Shown piece after piece: positions 49,400-62,407 of a stretch of DNA of 64,000 nt. Numbering within the stretch: the first letter of the stretch is position 1; every line of letters begins with the position of its first letter. The DNA lies in NCBI RefSeq assembly GCF_001194135.2, contig NC_068984.1, positions 17,007,944-17,071,943 of the forward strand, in the 5' to 3' direction. This DNA is from Octopus bimaculoides. Its lineage: Eukaryota. Made by a program: the position numbers and the translations under genes. The notes beneath the pieces were generated by a model, which saw only the letters and a program-made list of their open reading frames with translations, was not told where the DNA came from and did no database searches.

Positions 49400-50279
49400 T
49401 GTGGTGGTTTCAAAAAGTTCCTGGACTACTTCTGTTGCATGCCAACAGATGGCAGCATACAGTAGTGTGCGCAGTGACCTTCATGAAGGGCAGTGTGCCT
49501 AGTGACATTTTGTTGTGAAATTTGTGTCTTTGTGATCACTCACATGTATGCTGCAGTCTGCAATTTCGTCATGGACAGGAACAAAGAACTAACATAAAAT
49601 TTTTGCATTAAACTCCGGAAGTTTGCTACTGAGACATTGAGCATGCTTTGGCAAGATTATGGTGACAAAGCAACGGGTCATACATAATGTTTTGAGTGGC
49701 ATGGGTGCTTCAAAAGCAGAAGAACATCCCTGGAAAACAATGAGCAATCACTCCTGGAAATATGGCACTGTGCATTGAAAATTTGTCCTCCAGGGCCAGA
49801 TCATCAATTGAGAGTTCTACTACAATGTTTCGAAGTGTTTGAGGGGAGGAGGACATTTGGCAAAAGTGACTGGATCTGTAGAGTGCAAAGACCTGGATTT
49901 TTCACAATGACAATGCACCCTGTCACCAAGCTCTCCTCACTTTTGTTTTCTCGACAAAAACAAAATAGTATTGCTTCTGCTTCTGCCCAATTTGCCAGAT
50001 TTAGCACCTACCGACTACCATCTCTTCCCCAAGACAAAAATGCAACTCAAAGGACGCCATTTTTAAAACCGTTATTGAGATCCAGAGCAAATTGCAGACG
50101 GTCCTTGACTTGCTTACAGAAAATGACCTCCAGGTCAGACTCCAAAAGTGGTAGGAATGCTGGGACTGGTGTCTTGCTGTGCAAGGTGACTATTTCAAAA
50201 GAGATGATGATAAAACTTAGGTAAATAAGTTATTTTTTATTAAACATAATTAGTCTGGGAACCTTTTGATACCACTTTG
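49400..50279 (+). mobile_element. Internally deleted mariner element with both TIRs and TA TSD
   Basis: 28-bp TIRs (21/28 match) between TA dinucleotides. Remnants: NFCIKLRKFATETLSML.QDYGD...CFEWH..FK..RTSLEN, G.VH*KFV..GQIIN.EFY, HNDNAP, MQLKGR.F. Confidence 0.85.
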
Positions 50280-50866
50280 TAACACCTTTAAAAAGATAGT
50301 TTAAGGCAGATAGAGTAATGTAACTATTTCTTCAAAATGGCTGAACTAGCTTTAATCTGTTTAAATAGATAACTGTCACTAAGTTTTCTGAAACCTAGTT
50401 ATATGGTTTTGATCTACTTTTGTTTTCAATATATCTAATAATTATAAAATATATTCATTTTTGAACCGTGTTATGTAATCTTTCATTTAGGTGTTGACCA
50501 CATTTCTAATCGTAATTTACATCCATCTACAATGGCAACAAAAACTGACCATTTTAGATACGAGTATAGAGAAAAATATTCAACACCTAAATATTCACCA
50601 TGGTTGAAGCTCAAAACTTTTGTGTTAATAACAGCTTAACAATCCTTTAACTACCATGCTTTTGTGTAGATAATTTAAAACACAAACATAGTCTTTGAGA
50701 TGTGGATTTTTGATTTAGTAAGAATTACAATGACTAATAATTTTCACTGAAATATATGAAAAATATTTAATTAATGTTTCTTTAAAAAGAGTAGCAATTA
50801 TTTATAAGTTTACTGGGAAACTAACCAATATTGAATATTATAGTACTAGAATGAAATAAAACTCAC

Positions 50867-50983
50867 ATATTTCCGTGGTTGTTTTTCTCCACGAGGCTCC
50901 AAATCCAAAGACTTGTTATATAAATAGTCATTGAAGTCCTTTTCACTTAGGTCACCAAGTGGATTAAGGTTTACAAAGAACTC
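50867..50983 (-). CDS. SOS: SOS exon (end of CDC25 domain)
   Basis: [39 protein letters not shown] (human FFENLNPMG..EKEFTDYLFNKSLEIEPR). AG/GT, phase 0 to 0. Confidence 0.92.
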
Positions 50984-51788
50984 CTGACAAAGAAAAGGAT
51001 GGAAACCATTAACATAAATGATGTACTCAAACTTGTTTAATGATGAAGTTTAACTCTAGAACACCAAAACATTACAGTTATCGTTAATGCCGCATGCCAA
51101 AAACTTAAGTTACAAAAACAAGTTGTTGATGATATTAACAAACAGTTTTACAAATCTGAATTAAACACCAGCGTTTTCCACATGGATACAAATTGTCCAA
51201 CCCATGCTAGCATGGAAAGCGGACGTTAAACGATGATGATGATGATGAAAAATGAAATACTATAACGAGGTATCTTCTTTAACTATGTTCATTAATAAGA
51301 AAACCTATAATTAATGAATGTAAACAAATTAAATAAGTTATATCAAATATAAAAACTATGTAAGAAATTCAGTATCTATCAATAATCTACTATGTAAACT
51401 GTTATAATGAAATCTCTTAGCTTATTACTCCACTGTGCAAGTGTGCGCGGCTGATGTGAGCCAAATAGCTCAAAACTGGCCAGTCCTGCGATCCTGTTAG
51501 CTGCTTGGTAAGAGTTCTACAGTCGGATGCCCTCCCCTAATGCAACCACTCGAGAGTGTACTGGGTGTTTTTTTCGTGGCACCAGCATATATAATGTTAA
51601 TTGTGTGTATACACACCAGCATTTTAATCTGAGATGGTTTCAAGTGCATGTGTTAATTTGGTCATTAATTAGTTAAGAAAGACATTAAAATAGATAGTGT
51701 ATCATATCCAATACTATAATTCATTGTATCCATAATACAGTAGAAATTAATTGAAAACAGAAACATGTAATGATGAATAATTACTTAC

Positions 51789-51961
51789 CCTAATTGAAGG
51801 TTCCACCTTGAAACAATAAGGTTGGTTCTGATACTGCTGAATTTCACCTGTAATTTCTGCCACTCTTCTCCTTTTACTGAAGTTTATGATACCCTCAGGT
51901 CGATTAGGAAGAAAATCAGGATTACCTTCCTCAGTTAATAAAATGTTCGTGAGATACATCC
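51789..51961 (-). CDS. SOS: SOS exon (CDC25 helical hairpin)
   Basis: [18 protein letters not shown]...[33 protein letters not shown]. Phase 1 to 0. Confidence 0.96.
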
Positions 51962-52109
51962 CTGATAAGAAGAAAATAACAGAAAAATTCATAGCTGTTA
52001 TCAAGCAAACATTGGTATTTTTCCAGTGTTGACATAAACTCAAGTGAATCAACAAAATCTTGAAGTTGTCTTCCTTAATAGGACTGATAATACAGCCACC
52101 ACCGCTGCC

Positions 52110-52540
52110 ATCATCATCATCATCATCATTTAACGTCCGTTTTCCACGCTGGCATGGGTTGGATGGTTTGACTGAGGTCTGGAGAGCCAGCAGCTGCACC
52201 AGGCTCCAATCTGATCTATCAATGTTTCTACAGCTTGATGCCCTTCCTAATGTCAACCACTCTGAGAGTGTAGTGGGTGCTTTATACATGCCACTGGCAT
52301 GAGGGCCAATCAGGTGGGCCTGGCATTGATCACGTTCAGATAGTGCTTTTTATGTGCTACCGGCATAGGAGCCAGTCAGGAGGTACTGGTACTGGCCACA
52401 TTCAGATGATGCTTTTAATGTGCCACGGGAATGGGAGCCAGTCAGGGGGTACTGGCATTGGTCATGTTTTGATGGTGCTTTTTATGTGCCACCAGCACAG
52501 AGGTCAGTCAGGCCGTCCTGGCATCGATCACATTCAGATA
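52110..52540 (-). mobile_element. (GAT)n-tailed SINE with about four internal ~65-bp subunits
   Basis: Reverse 3' end followed by repeated ATGGTGCTTTT(T)ATGTGCCAC...GGAGCCAGTCAGG units. Confidence 0.8.
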
Positions 52541-52944
52541 TTTATTTGCAATAAAACAATGTTCTAAGAAGCTTGCTTTGCTTTGCAACCATGTGATTTA
52601 GGGTTCAGTCCTACTGTGTGGCACCTTAAGTGAGTGTCTTCTACTATGGCTCTGGGACAACCAAGAAACTACATGGAAGCTTGTTGTATATAAATAATAA
52701 TGGACTTATTGTATTCAGTGCTTAGGTGGTCTATAACTTATCAGAAAAAGTAACCCAAACTGCATGAACAGTACATAAGTCTTCAAAAAGGAAAAGAAAT
52801 GGGTGGGGGCACCAGATGTACCGTTGGCAAATTTCAATCCAAAGATAAAATCATGACCAGTCAAAAATTGGACAAAGGAACGTCTTTTAATTTTCCTTGA
52901 TCTGCTAGAAATAGCAGCCAAATCTTCAAATTACATCTTATTAG

Positions 52945-53247
52945 GTGTGACTGTATGGTAAGAAGCTTGCTTCTCAACCACATGGTCCTGGGTTCAGTCC
53001 CACTGCATGGCACCCTGGGAAAGTGTCTTCTGCTATAGCCTTGGACTGATCAAAGCCTTGTGACTGGATTTGGTAGATGGAAACTGAAAGAAGACCATTG
53101 TATGTGTGTGTGGTTTGAGTCTTTGTTTGCCACCACCACCACCATTCAACAATCGGTGTTGGTGTGTTTACATCTCTTTGACTTAGCAGTTCTGCGAAAG
53201 AGATTGATAGAATAAGTACCAGGCCTTAAAAAATAAGTCCTGGGGTT
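52945..53247 (+). mobile_element. CORE-like SINE running into an assembly gap
   Basis: Family head and body; 3' ACAAGTAAAAGA resumes at 53501. Confidence 0.75.
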
Positions 53248-53785
53248 NNNNNNNNNNNNNNNNNNNNNNNNNNNNNNNNNNNNNNNNNNNNNNNNNNNNN
53301 NNNNNNNNNNNNNNNNNNNNNNNNNNNNNNNNNNNNNNNNNNNNNNNNNNNNNNNNNNNNNNNNNNNNNNNNNNNNNNNNNNNNNNNNNNNNNNNNNNNN
53401 NNNNNNNNNNNNNNNNNNNNNNNNNNNNNNNNNNNNNNNNNNNNNNNNNNNNNNNNNNNNNNNNNNNNNNNNNNNNNNNNNNNNNNNNNNNNNNNNNNNN
53501 ACAAGTAAAAGATAAAGGCAGAAAGACATTGACTAATGTATTCTTAGATACACTATACTTGAAAAATAAAATGTCTGATGGTCACAGCTAGAATGGACTT
53601 TGATCACAAGGGTTGCTTGGTTAGAACTAAGTAACAACAAATCAAATGCCTATTTCAAGTGAAGTGCTGCAACCATATGCTGGAAGTTTTAAAATCTGTT
53701 GCCAGATTTATTGAAAGAATGCTAGTCTACTCAATATGAGATGTTTTCACAAAACAACAACAACAACAACAGGATGAATACTCAC

Positions 53786-53903
53786 CAAGGAAAGGGACAC
53801 ATGGCGGATTTATTGATCGCAATTTTTCTATGTATTTTTTGAAGTGGTCAGAATTCAATTCTTTTGCCTCATCAAATGCTCGAATCATTTTACTAGGAAT
53901 TTC
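53786..53903 (-). CDS. SOS: SOS exon (CDC25 domain)
   Basis: [39 protein letters not shown](G). Phase 0 to 1. Confidence 0.95.
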
Positions 53904-54597
53904 CTGAAAAATGGATGATTTAAATTTTCAAGATAAAGTTAAATTGATCTTAAACAAAATTGATAAATAAATATTTATGATTTATTTTCAGCAAGAGAAC
54001 ATTTTGGAAAAGTCAAAATATATTCATGTTATCAACTGAAAAATGCTCTGTACAATGAACTGTTGCTCCATTTGTCTCCTTTAAGACCCTTTGATGTACC
54101 CAACCTATTGCCATTACTATCTACTAAATAGTAGGCAAGCCCTTAAAAACAACATTAATTAGAAATCTCTTAACCCATTACCTCCCATAATTCTATTAAC
54201 TGGAATTTTTTTTTATGAAACTTTGATTTCTAGCATAAAACAGCCTTAGAAACACGCTGGAATGATCAAAATAACATTTTAAATAGAAATAAGCGAGATA
54301 TTGGGTGAAAAATTAGCAAACCTCATTTGAATATCAGTAGATATAGCAAAAAAGTTAGATATGTGTAAATATTGACAGATAATTACGAAATTTGTAATTT
54401 TTAAGTGATCCCATATGAGATCACTAGTAGGTAAATGGTTAATGTGATTAATCACAACTACTTTAACAATTCTAAAGAAATATCAACTATTCTAATTTTA
54501 TTCAATCTGTTTTTACTTTCTATGCCCCTGAAGCCCACCCATTTTACAGACCCAACTACTCATGGGAAGAAAAAATTAACAGATAAATCAAACTTAC

Positions 54598-54780
54598 CTC
54601 AAAAGTGTGCTCCAACCTGAATACTGGAGCTGAATTGAGAGCACTTACTATTTCTAGTACACCATTAAAATTATTCAGGTCTTGAAATACTAACAGGATT
54701 TCGATAATGCGAGAAACAACAGCAACTCGCTCTTCAAAATTCTCTGCTTCAATAATACATTTTTCTAACCAGAAGGTGAA
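54598..54780 (-). CDS. SOS: SOS exon (CDC25 domain)
   Basis: [61 protein letters not shown]. Phase 0 to 0. Confidence 0.96.
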
Positions 54781-56320
54781 CTGAAATATAATTCAATGAA
54801 CAGTTATTTTATTTATTTTATTGTGTTTAACTTAATATGTATGTACAGGTGTATCTAGGCTTATTAAAGACATATGCATTATGTCTATAAAAGCACAGCT
54901 GCTTCAATGACTGTGCCGAGAAACTACATTGAATCCTCAGCTACTTTCTAAACTCAATTGCACTTTGTCATTCAACCACGTAAGAGTAATACATGCAACA
55001 AATGGATCTATCATAAACTATTTCTCTATCCAACCTCCATAAATTATCCGTGTTCCATGCCCCGGCGTCTCACAACTCATTAAAATTATACTCTTTACTA
55101 ATTCTAGCAATTATATTTCTATCACAATCATTATCAAATGGTGGTAAAGACTGTCTACTACAGCTGAAAAAACCATTTGAGTAATCATTGGATATCATTT
55201 CATCAGTGCTTCAGCCTCTAACCATATACACTCAGTACCATCTAAAGCATTGATTTTCTATTAATTGGTTGAAGATCCCATTCCATCTTTTATGTATTTA
55301 TTGCTTGCAATGAGCATCACATTAAAATGTACCACATTCAAAGCTAAACATTTTCACATATTTTAGATGAGAGAACTGGGATAAGGCAAACATATCTGAA
55401 ACCCTTCAACTACTGAACAACTTAGAAGCTAATTTACTCAGTGGTTAAATTATACATTTATCAATTTACTTCTGTGGAATTTATTTACTTAGTTCTGTGT
55501 CTGATTGTACTGAGTTGAACTCCTACCAGGATTTTAATTTCTTTTCATCACTGGACTTCAATTAACAGATATCAGAAATTTATATTAAACAGGAAACTAT
55601 TTAAAAAGTTCAACTTCTCTTTTTATTATGACATGAAAAAAAAAAGATATTTCAATATAATTTAAGTTTATTCCATTTTTTTAAGTAATGAGTGCCTTAA
55701 TATTTTCCCAAAAATCCATTTGAGGGAGTGATTTTATCCCATAAACATTCCCCACTTAAATAACATTTGTCTTCACAGTAACTGATTATTAACTGCTTTG
55801 AATCTAAGCAGTTTATGGGCAGAGCCATTAGAATAGTGGTTAGAATGTCTTAGAATATTTCATCTGGTTCTGCACTCCAAGTTCAAATCCTACCGAGTTT
55901 AACTTTGCCTGTCATCCTTTTGGGGCTCAGTAAATACATAAAATAGCAGTCAAAGAATAGTGGATTGGCAGGATCATTAAAGTGTTAGATGAGAGGCCTT
56001 CTAGCATCTGTTGAGTCTTTGCAGTCTGGCAACAAACGCTGTGACAACACTGGTGCCAAGCTGTATCAGCCCTTACATTTTCATGGATAATACTAGGGGC
56101 ATAGACAGGAAGCCATGCATGCAAAGGCAATTACTGGTCTTCCATAGATAAACCTTGCCCAGGCCTGCAATTTGGATAGGAACTTTTCAGGTGCAGACCC
56201 ATAGCTTTACAAGACGTGTAAAATACTTGGAAACTTTTCATGGAGATTCTTAATAATGAGATCTGGCCTGGCATAAACCAGTTTCAACAGGAATGTTTTA
56301 AAATTAAACATTGCTAGGAT

Positions 56321-56352
<32 letters not shown>

Positions 56353-56674
56353 TATGTGTACGCACACACACATACACGTCTGTATAAATATGAAGCATGT
56401 AATTCATGCAAGTCAGCTTCAATACAATATTAGGTTAAAATTTATATTCAACTACTCAAACTACATTACCAATTACAAAATAACAGGTGTAATTTGACTT
56501 CAGCACCATAAATTAATAAAAGGTAAATACAATTTTAAATTAATTTTTTTGAAATTTAAGAATTCCTAGCTCAGAATCAACAAATAGATCAGAAGAAAAT
56601 ATTTCACTTTGGTTAAAAAACTTCCTTTTTGGGGAACTTTTTGCAAAATCTTATTAAATAAATAAATAAATTAC

Positions 56675-56830
56675 CATAGTCGAGTGGTGAATCATCTTTA
56701 GTAAGTTTGGTGAAGTTTTGTTTTTATCCTTCTTGATCCATACACTGCCAACCAACTCAGATGGTTGCACTGCTCGGTATAAATCAAATTCTAATAGTGT
56801 TACCTGACGGGCAATTTCTATTGGATGTAA
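56675..56830 (-). CDS. SOS: SOS exon (start of CDC25 domain)
   Basis: [52 protein letters not shown]. Phase 0 to 0. Confidence 0.96.
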
Positions 56831-58052
56831 CTGAAAAATAAAATTAAATAGTCTCAGCACAGTTAGAAAAAATATTTTCAAGAAATGAAATTACATGACT
56901 TGCTTTTTATTTATTTCAGTTGAAAACAAGAAAAGCAATGCCTATGACCTTAGCAAACCTTCAGTTTGGAGAGATCCTTATAGTTAATCTTCAGTTTGAA
57001 GCTTCTTATAAAATAAGGTATTTTCAAATTATTAAAGAAATTGTTATTGATCATCATAGTAAAATACTAAGTTAACTTGAAACTATTCACTACTTACTGA
57101 TGTCAACACATCTAAATAACCAACTGGAAGTTCTTGAAAAAACATTCCTCAGCCTTTTTTTGTTTCTTTTATATCATTATTCATTAGATTGGCAGTTGTT
57201 ATGGCAATGGACAAAATGTCTGGCAGTATTTGTTCAGGTTCTGTACAATCTGTGCTCAAGTTCCAATGAGGTAGATTTTGCTTTTTAATCCTCTTGGGCC
57301 GATAATATACAGTATCATTCAAGTTCTGGGGTCAATCAATTGATTAATCTCTTTTCGACAAATTTCTTATCTTGGCCCTTTATTAGAAATAATTACTCCT
57401 ATTCCCTGACCCTAATATTCTAGTTCTTCCATGCTTAGATAGATAGAGCTGCCATGATATTTTACAGCAGTAGTAAAATTTACATATGACTGATCTTGTG
57501 GTTGACCTTGCTAACTATGAAATTATGTTTAATTCAGCATTAATTATCAACTATACTTTTTAACATGCTCTTTGTTTAGCAATCACAGCTAAGGCCATGC
57601 TGGAGCTGTGCCCTTATATAATAAATGATTTTAACATAAAGATAATATAGGATGGTGAGCTGGTAGAACTGTTAGCATGCCAGGCAAAATGCTGCTAAGC
57701 AGTTTGCCTGTCTTCAAGTTCCGAGTTCAAATTCTGCTGAGGGTGACTTTGCCTTTCATCCCTTTTGGGGATAGATTAAATAAGTACCAGCTGAGCACTG
57801 GGGCTGATTGTTTATTTTTAGAATGCCAAATGAGAGGCCAGATCTAGCCAGTTTGAACATAAAACTGGTAGAATATTGGGTCTGGATTTGGCCAGCTTAA
57901 ATGCTGAAGGATTCAAAGTAAAAAGCAGATTCGACAGTACTTAATATCAAAGAGGAAAACCACAAATAATATCAATATCAGCTGTAAAACCATTTATGAT
58001 GATGATGATGATGATGATGGTGGTATCTCTCCTGTTTTTACTTAAGAGTATC

Positions 58053-58495
58053 ATTATCATCATCATTTAACGTCCGCTTTCCATGCTAGCATGGGTTGGA
58101 CGATTTGACAGGGGACTGGTGAACCAGATGGCTACACCAGGCTCCAATCTGATCTGGTAGAGTTTCTACAGCTGGATGCCCTTCCTAACTCCAACCACTC
58201 CAAGAGTGTAGTGGGTGCTTTTTACGTGCCACCGGCACGAGGGCCAGTCCGGTTGTACTGGTAATGGCCACACTCAAATGGTGTTTTTTTACGTGCCACT
58301 GGCACAGGAGTCAGTCCAATGTTTTGTTCACATGCCACCTGCACGAGTGCCAGTAAGGCGAAGCTGGAAACGATCGCACTCAAATGGTGGTTTTTACGTG
58401 CCACTGGCATGGAATCGAGACTGCTGCTCTGGCAGTGATCCCGCTCGGATGGTGCTGTTAGCGCTCCACTGGCACGGGTGCCAGTCATCGAACTT
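58053..58495 (-). mobile_element. (GAT)n-tailed SINE, long variant
   Basis: Reverse family 3' end plus several subunits. Confidence 0.8.
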
Positions 58496-58607
58496 GGTTC
58501 AGAAACAAGACTAGGTATCAGACGCATGAACAAATAGCAACAAGTAATATTTAGATTTGTCATAGTTTATGGCTTTGTCAAGAGGATAAGAAGTGGTGAA
58601 TACTTAC

Positions 58608-58709
58608 AGTCATGAGATCAAACTCTTCACTTGTAAATGCCAAATGCCACTCAAAAGGAGGTGGTACAGATTGTAATACTGTTCCTCTCTCAGTACTACT
58701 ACTCTCAAC
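58608..58709 (-). CDS. SOS: SOS exon (REM-CDC25 linker)
   Basis: VESSSTERGTVLQSVPPPFEWHLAFTSEEFDLMT (human FQSSPPTVEWHI...FDLLT). Phase 0 to 0. Confidence 0.9.
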
Positions 58710-59054
58710 CTGGAAATGCAGGAGAATCAAGGATCAAATTAATACACATTTGTTTTCAATGGTGATAATCTTGATAAAACAAAGAAATGAACTGGATAAA
58801 GGGGGAGATAATGCAATCAGGTGGCTGTTAGTAAGAGTTGAATTAGTACTCTAGCCCTATGTTGCCTAAATTATCAATAAGCATTAATAAAATATTTATT
58901 GATTCTGTTTGTCAACTTATTTCAGAGTAAGAAATATATTTAATGTAAAAAATAATTAGTGGCTCTAGGTGTGGGCAAGAGTCATCTATAAGCTTAGGTT
59001 TACCAATTACCTTGTGAATGGAATTTGTTAGATGGTAACTCCTACTCTCTCTGT

Positions 59055-59385
59055 CATCATCATCATCATCATTTAACGTCCGCTTTCCATGCTAGCATGG
59101 GTTGGACGATTTGACTGAGGACTGGCAAGCCAGAAGGCTGCACCAGGCTCCAATCTGATCTGGCAGGGTTTCTACAGCTGGATGCCCTTCCTAATGCCAA
59201 CCACTCCGAAAGTGTAGTGGATGCTTTTGCATGCCACCAGCACGAGGGCCAGTCACACGGTACTGGCAACGGCCACGCTCAAAAAGGTGTTTTTTACGTG
59301 CCACCTGCATGGGAGAAAGTCCAGCGGCACTGGCATCGACCTCGCTCGAATGATTTTCTAAAGTGCCACCAGCACAAGTGCTAGA
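59055..59385 (-). mobile_element. (GAT)n-tailed SINE
   Basis: Reverse family 3' end. Confidence 0.8.
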
Positions 59386-59647
59386 ATGATTATATTAACA
59401 GAATGAACTGTATGTAAATATATCATATGAGTAATAAAAATAGTATTTCCTAAAGCCATTGAGATAACACTGATTCGACTGGCAGTCTGATGGATTTGTT
59501 AATGGCAAATATCTAAGCAACAGATCTGCTGAATGAAAAGTAGTACAAATAACTTGTTTCAAACTATAATTACCTGAAGTAATGGCAAAATAAACTTATT
59601 TAATGCAAGCAGCAACAAAAATGAAATTAAAAACAAAAATGATGTAC

Positions 59648-59804
59648 CTTTCTATAAATTACTTTTGTAATCGACCGAGCCATCTTCCTCATAGCTTTAC
59701 CCTGAATCCTATCCAGAAAGCTGAAGAGTTTCTGAAGTAGACTTTTGTCTCTTTCAAAGTCGTAAAAGTGGCGTTCTACCCAATGTCGTAAAACATTTAA
59801 AACT
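59648..59804 (-). CDS. SOS: SOS exon (REM domain)
   Basis: (R)[52 protein letters not shown]. Phase 2 to 0. Confidence 0.95.
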
Positions 59805-60354
59805 CTGAAAAAGTAAAGAGTAGAGACGAAAAGTTTTAATTAGAAGTTGTACAAGACTTGCTCAATCTGAAAATTATAACACCTTAGTGCCATAAAATGA
59901 TCATGTGTAAAATAAATACAAATTCAAAAGTTTTCAGTAAGACACAGGTTGTGACTTAAATTGTAAAACTCAATACCACACAAATATTTTAAGAATTATT
60001 AGAAATAGAAGAGACAAAATCAGATCCTTAATGAACACAGTCACTCTTCCATGCTGATTTTAATAAACGAAAGACTTAAGAAATTATGAAGTCCTCACAC
60101 TATAGTGCAAAGTCCTAAAAAATAGTAAGTTGTAGGAAACCAAATGACCGCATCTATCATCTAAGCTAAGAAATGTGAAATAAATAGCAACTTTATATCA
60201 AAGGAAAAGTGGGAAATTCCACACCTTGTGTCCCATTTAATACCCTTTCACACAGCTAATTTTCTCTAAATATCTTTATAAAATATTGAAAAATATTGAG
60301 GCACTAGTGTGTGCCTGTCTGGTTAGAAATTAGAAAAACAAAAGCAATACTTAC

Positions 60355-60483
60355 CGAAACTGCACAGGTTTGATATATTCTTTTCGAAGACGTTTGAGAT
60401 CACGTAAAGAAAGGGAGGTGGGGTCACCAGAGGCGGGGTTGTCATCACTTTGTTGTTTCACTTCCGATTCAGGAATATCAAAT
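60355..60483 (-). CDS. SOS: SOS exon (REM domain)
   Basis: FDIPESE...RDLKRLRKEYIKPVQF(R) (human FEIPEPE...ELKRFRKEYIQPVQLR). Phase 2 to 2. Confidence 0.93.
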
Positions 60484-61179
60484 CTAAAAATAAAAGGAAT
60501 TTATTTTTTATATTTTTAATATCAAAAAGGATCATTAAAATATTGGCTAATTAACAAATCAACTATGATTAATTGAGCTCTGAATTGTTTTTTTCCCTAC
60601 ATATAAGCTGTTGCCATTAACATCAACGACATTCTTAAAAATGCAGTTCAGCACAGCTGTTCTCAGATGTTCATGCAGAAACTGAAAGAAGCCTGTCATA
60701 TATATATGTGTGTGTGTGTGTGTATGTGTCTTTGTGGTCTCTGTTTGTCCCCCCCCCCATTACCGCTTCACAACCAGTGTTAGTGTGTTTATATCCCTGT
60801 AACTTAGTGGTTCGGCAAAAGAGTCTGACAGAATAAGGACCAGGCTCAAAAAATAAGTATTAGGGTCAATACATTTGACTAAAAATTCAGTCAAAAGGGA
60901 CTGAAATAAGTAAAAGATAAAAGTATGCCTTTTAATTCTGTCTTGTGTGACTTTGATTCTGCCAACTTACTGCCTTCTTAATAATAATAATAGTAACAAC
61001 AACAATAATAATAATCATCATCATCATTTAATGTCCACCTTCCAGGCTGGTATGGGTGGGATGGTTTGACAAGAGCTGGCCAGGCAGAAGCCTCCTACAC
61101 CAGACTTCTGTAACTGTTTTGGCAGGATTTTTACAGCTGGATGCCTTTCCTAACACCAACACTCAGCAGACCGATAATA

Positions 61180-61400
61180 ATAATTATTTCAAATTTTTGC
61201 CAGAAGGGCAGCTTGGGGGAAAGTGGAGATGAGTCGATTCCATCGACCCTAGTGTCCAACTGGTACTTATTTTATTGACCCTGAAAGAATGAAAGGCAAA
61301 GTCAACGTTGGAGGAATTTGAACTCAGAACGCAGCGACGGGCGAAATATCACTGAGCATTTCGTCCAACATGCTAATGATTTTGCCAGCTTGCTGCCTTC
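61180..61400 (-). mobile_element. Meta-like SINE, tail B
   Basis: Reverse central domain GAAAGGCAAAGTC...GGAATTTGAACTCAGAAC. Confidence 0.7.
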
Positions 61401-61439
61401 TTAACAACAACAGCAGCAAACAAACAAACAAACAAACAA

Positions 61440-61940
61440 ACTGACAAAAAGATAGACATCAATAGCCCCAGAAAGATTTCAGACAAAAAAACATGCCTCC
61501 TTATTGATATGACTGTCCCAATCAACATAAATGTATCTGTCAGGACCTACTAAAAACTGAGCAAGTATAAAGATCTTGAAGTAGAAATTGGCAAAATGTG
61601 GAACCTGAAGACTAAAACAATACCTGTTGTCATAGGTGCCCTAGGAATGATAGCAAAAGGGGCGGATTCCTACCTAGCTCATCAGATACCAGGAAACACC
61701 AAAATGGCAGAAATTCAAAAGATAGTGCTCATGGGAACTGCCCAAATCCTACATAAAATGCTGTCTATGTAATCTCAAATTTTAAAACAAACTCATTATT
61801 TTCTTATTTTCTTAAACATTCTCTAGAGCAATACTATGTGCAAAACCAAATATATGACACTCTAGGCATAACACCAGCTTGAACTTCTAACTTGCTTTCT
61901 CTTGAAGTCAATTTGTACAAACACAAAGCAAAAGTCAAAC

Positions 61941-61973
<33 letters not shown>

Positions 61974-61985
61974 TTAATAATAATA
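61440..61985 (+). mobile_element. 5'-truncated R4/Dong-like non-LTR retrotransposon (REL endonuclease C-terminus, 3' UTR, (TAA)n)
   Basis: CLLIDMTVPININ...*KLSKYKDLEVEIGKMW...IPVVIGALGMI...IQKIVLMGTAQIL fits the REL D..VP...K..KY.DL...PVV.GALG pattern. One premature stop. Confidence 0.8.
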
Positions 61986-62194
61986 ATAAACTTATTTATT
62001 TTACTCTAAATTCCACTAAATTCTAGATTAATTTTAAATTCAACTGTGTGTGTGTGTGCGTCTGTGATGTTTATTTTTAAAGAAATTAATGTAAATGGTG
62101 AATTGTTTTAGGATAAACTTAACTTTAGTACATAATACTTTTGATTTATAACTTATCAAACTGAATTTTTGAAAGAGAATTATCTTATTCTCAC

Positions 62195-62407
62195 CGTTCA
62201 ATTAAAAGATCCAACAGCGTTTGTGGTGTACAGAAGGATCTATAGGTTGTGAGGAATGTTGGTACAAATTTGGGATCAGCATACATATGGTAGGTGAGTC
62301 GTTCAACAAGTTTAAGGAGAGTTCCCCCTTTAATTAATGGACTCTCTCCACTTGCTTCTTGGTTCTCTTCAAACACAATGTTGTCACTAGAGTCTTCTAC
62401 AGCAAAC
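62195..62407 (-). CDS. SOS: SOS exon (start of REM domain)
   Basis: [16 protein letters not shown]...[48 protein letters not shown](R). Phase 2 to 2. Confidence 0.96.

Noticed and set aside
46700-61165. Five of six (GAT)n-SINE copies in SOS introns are sense to the gene
   Set aside because: The sample is too small to distinguish from chance, and orientations are mixed in the SLCO region.
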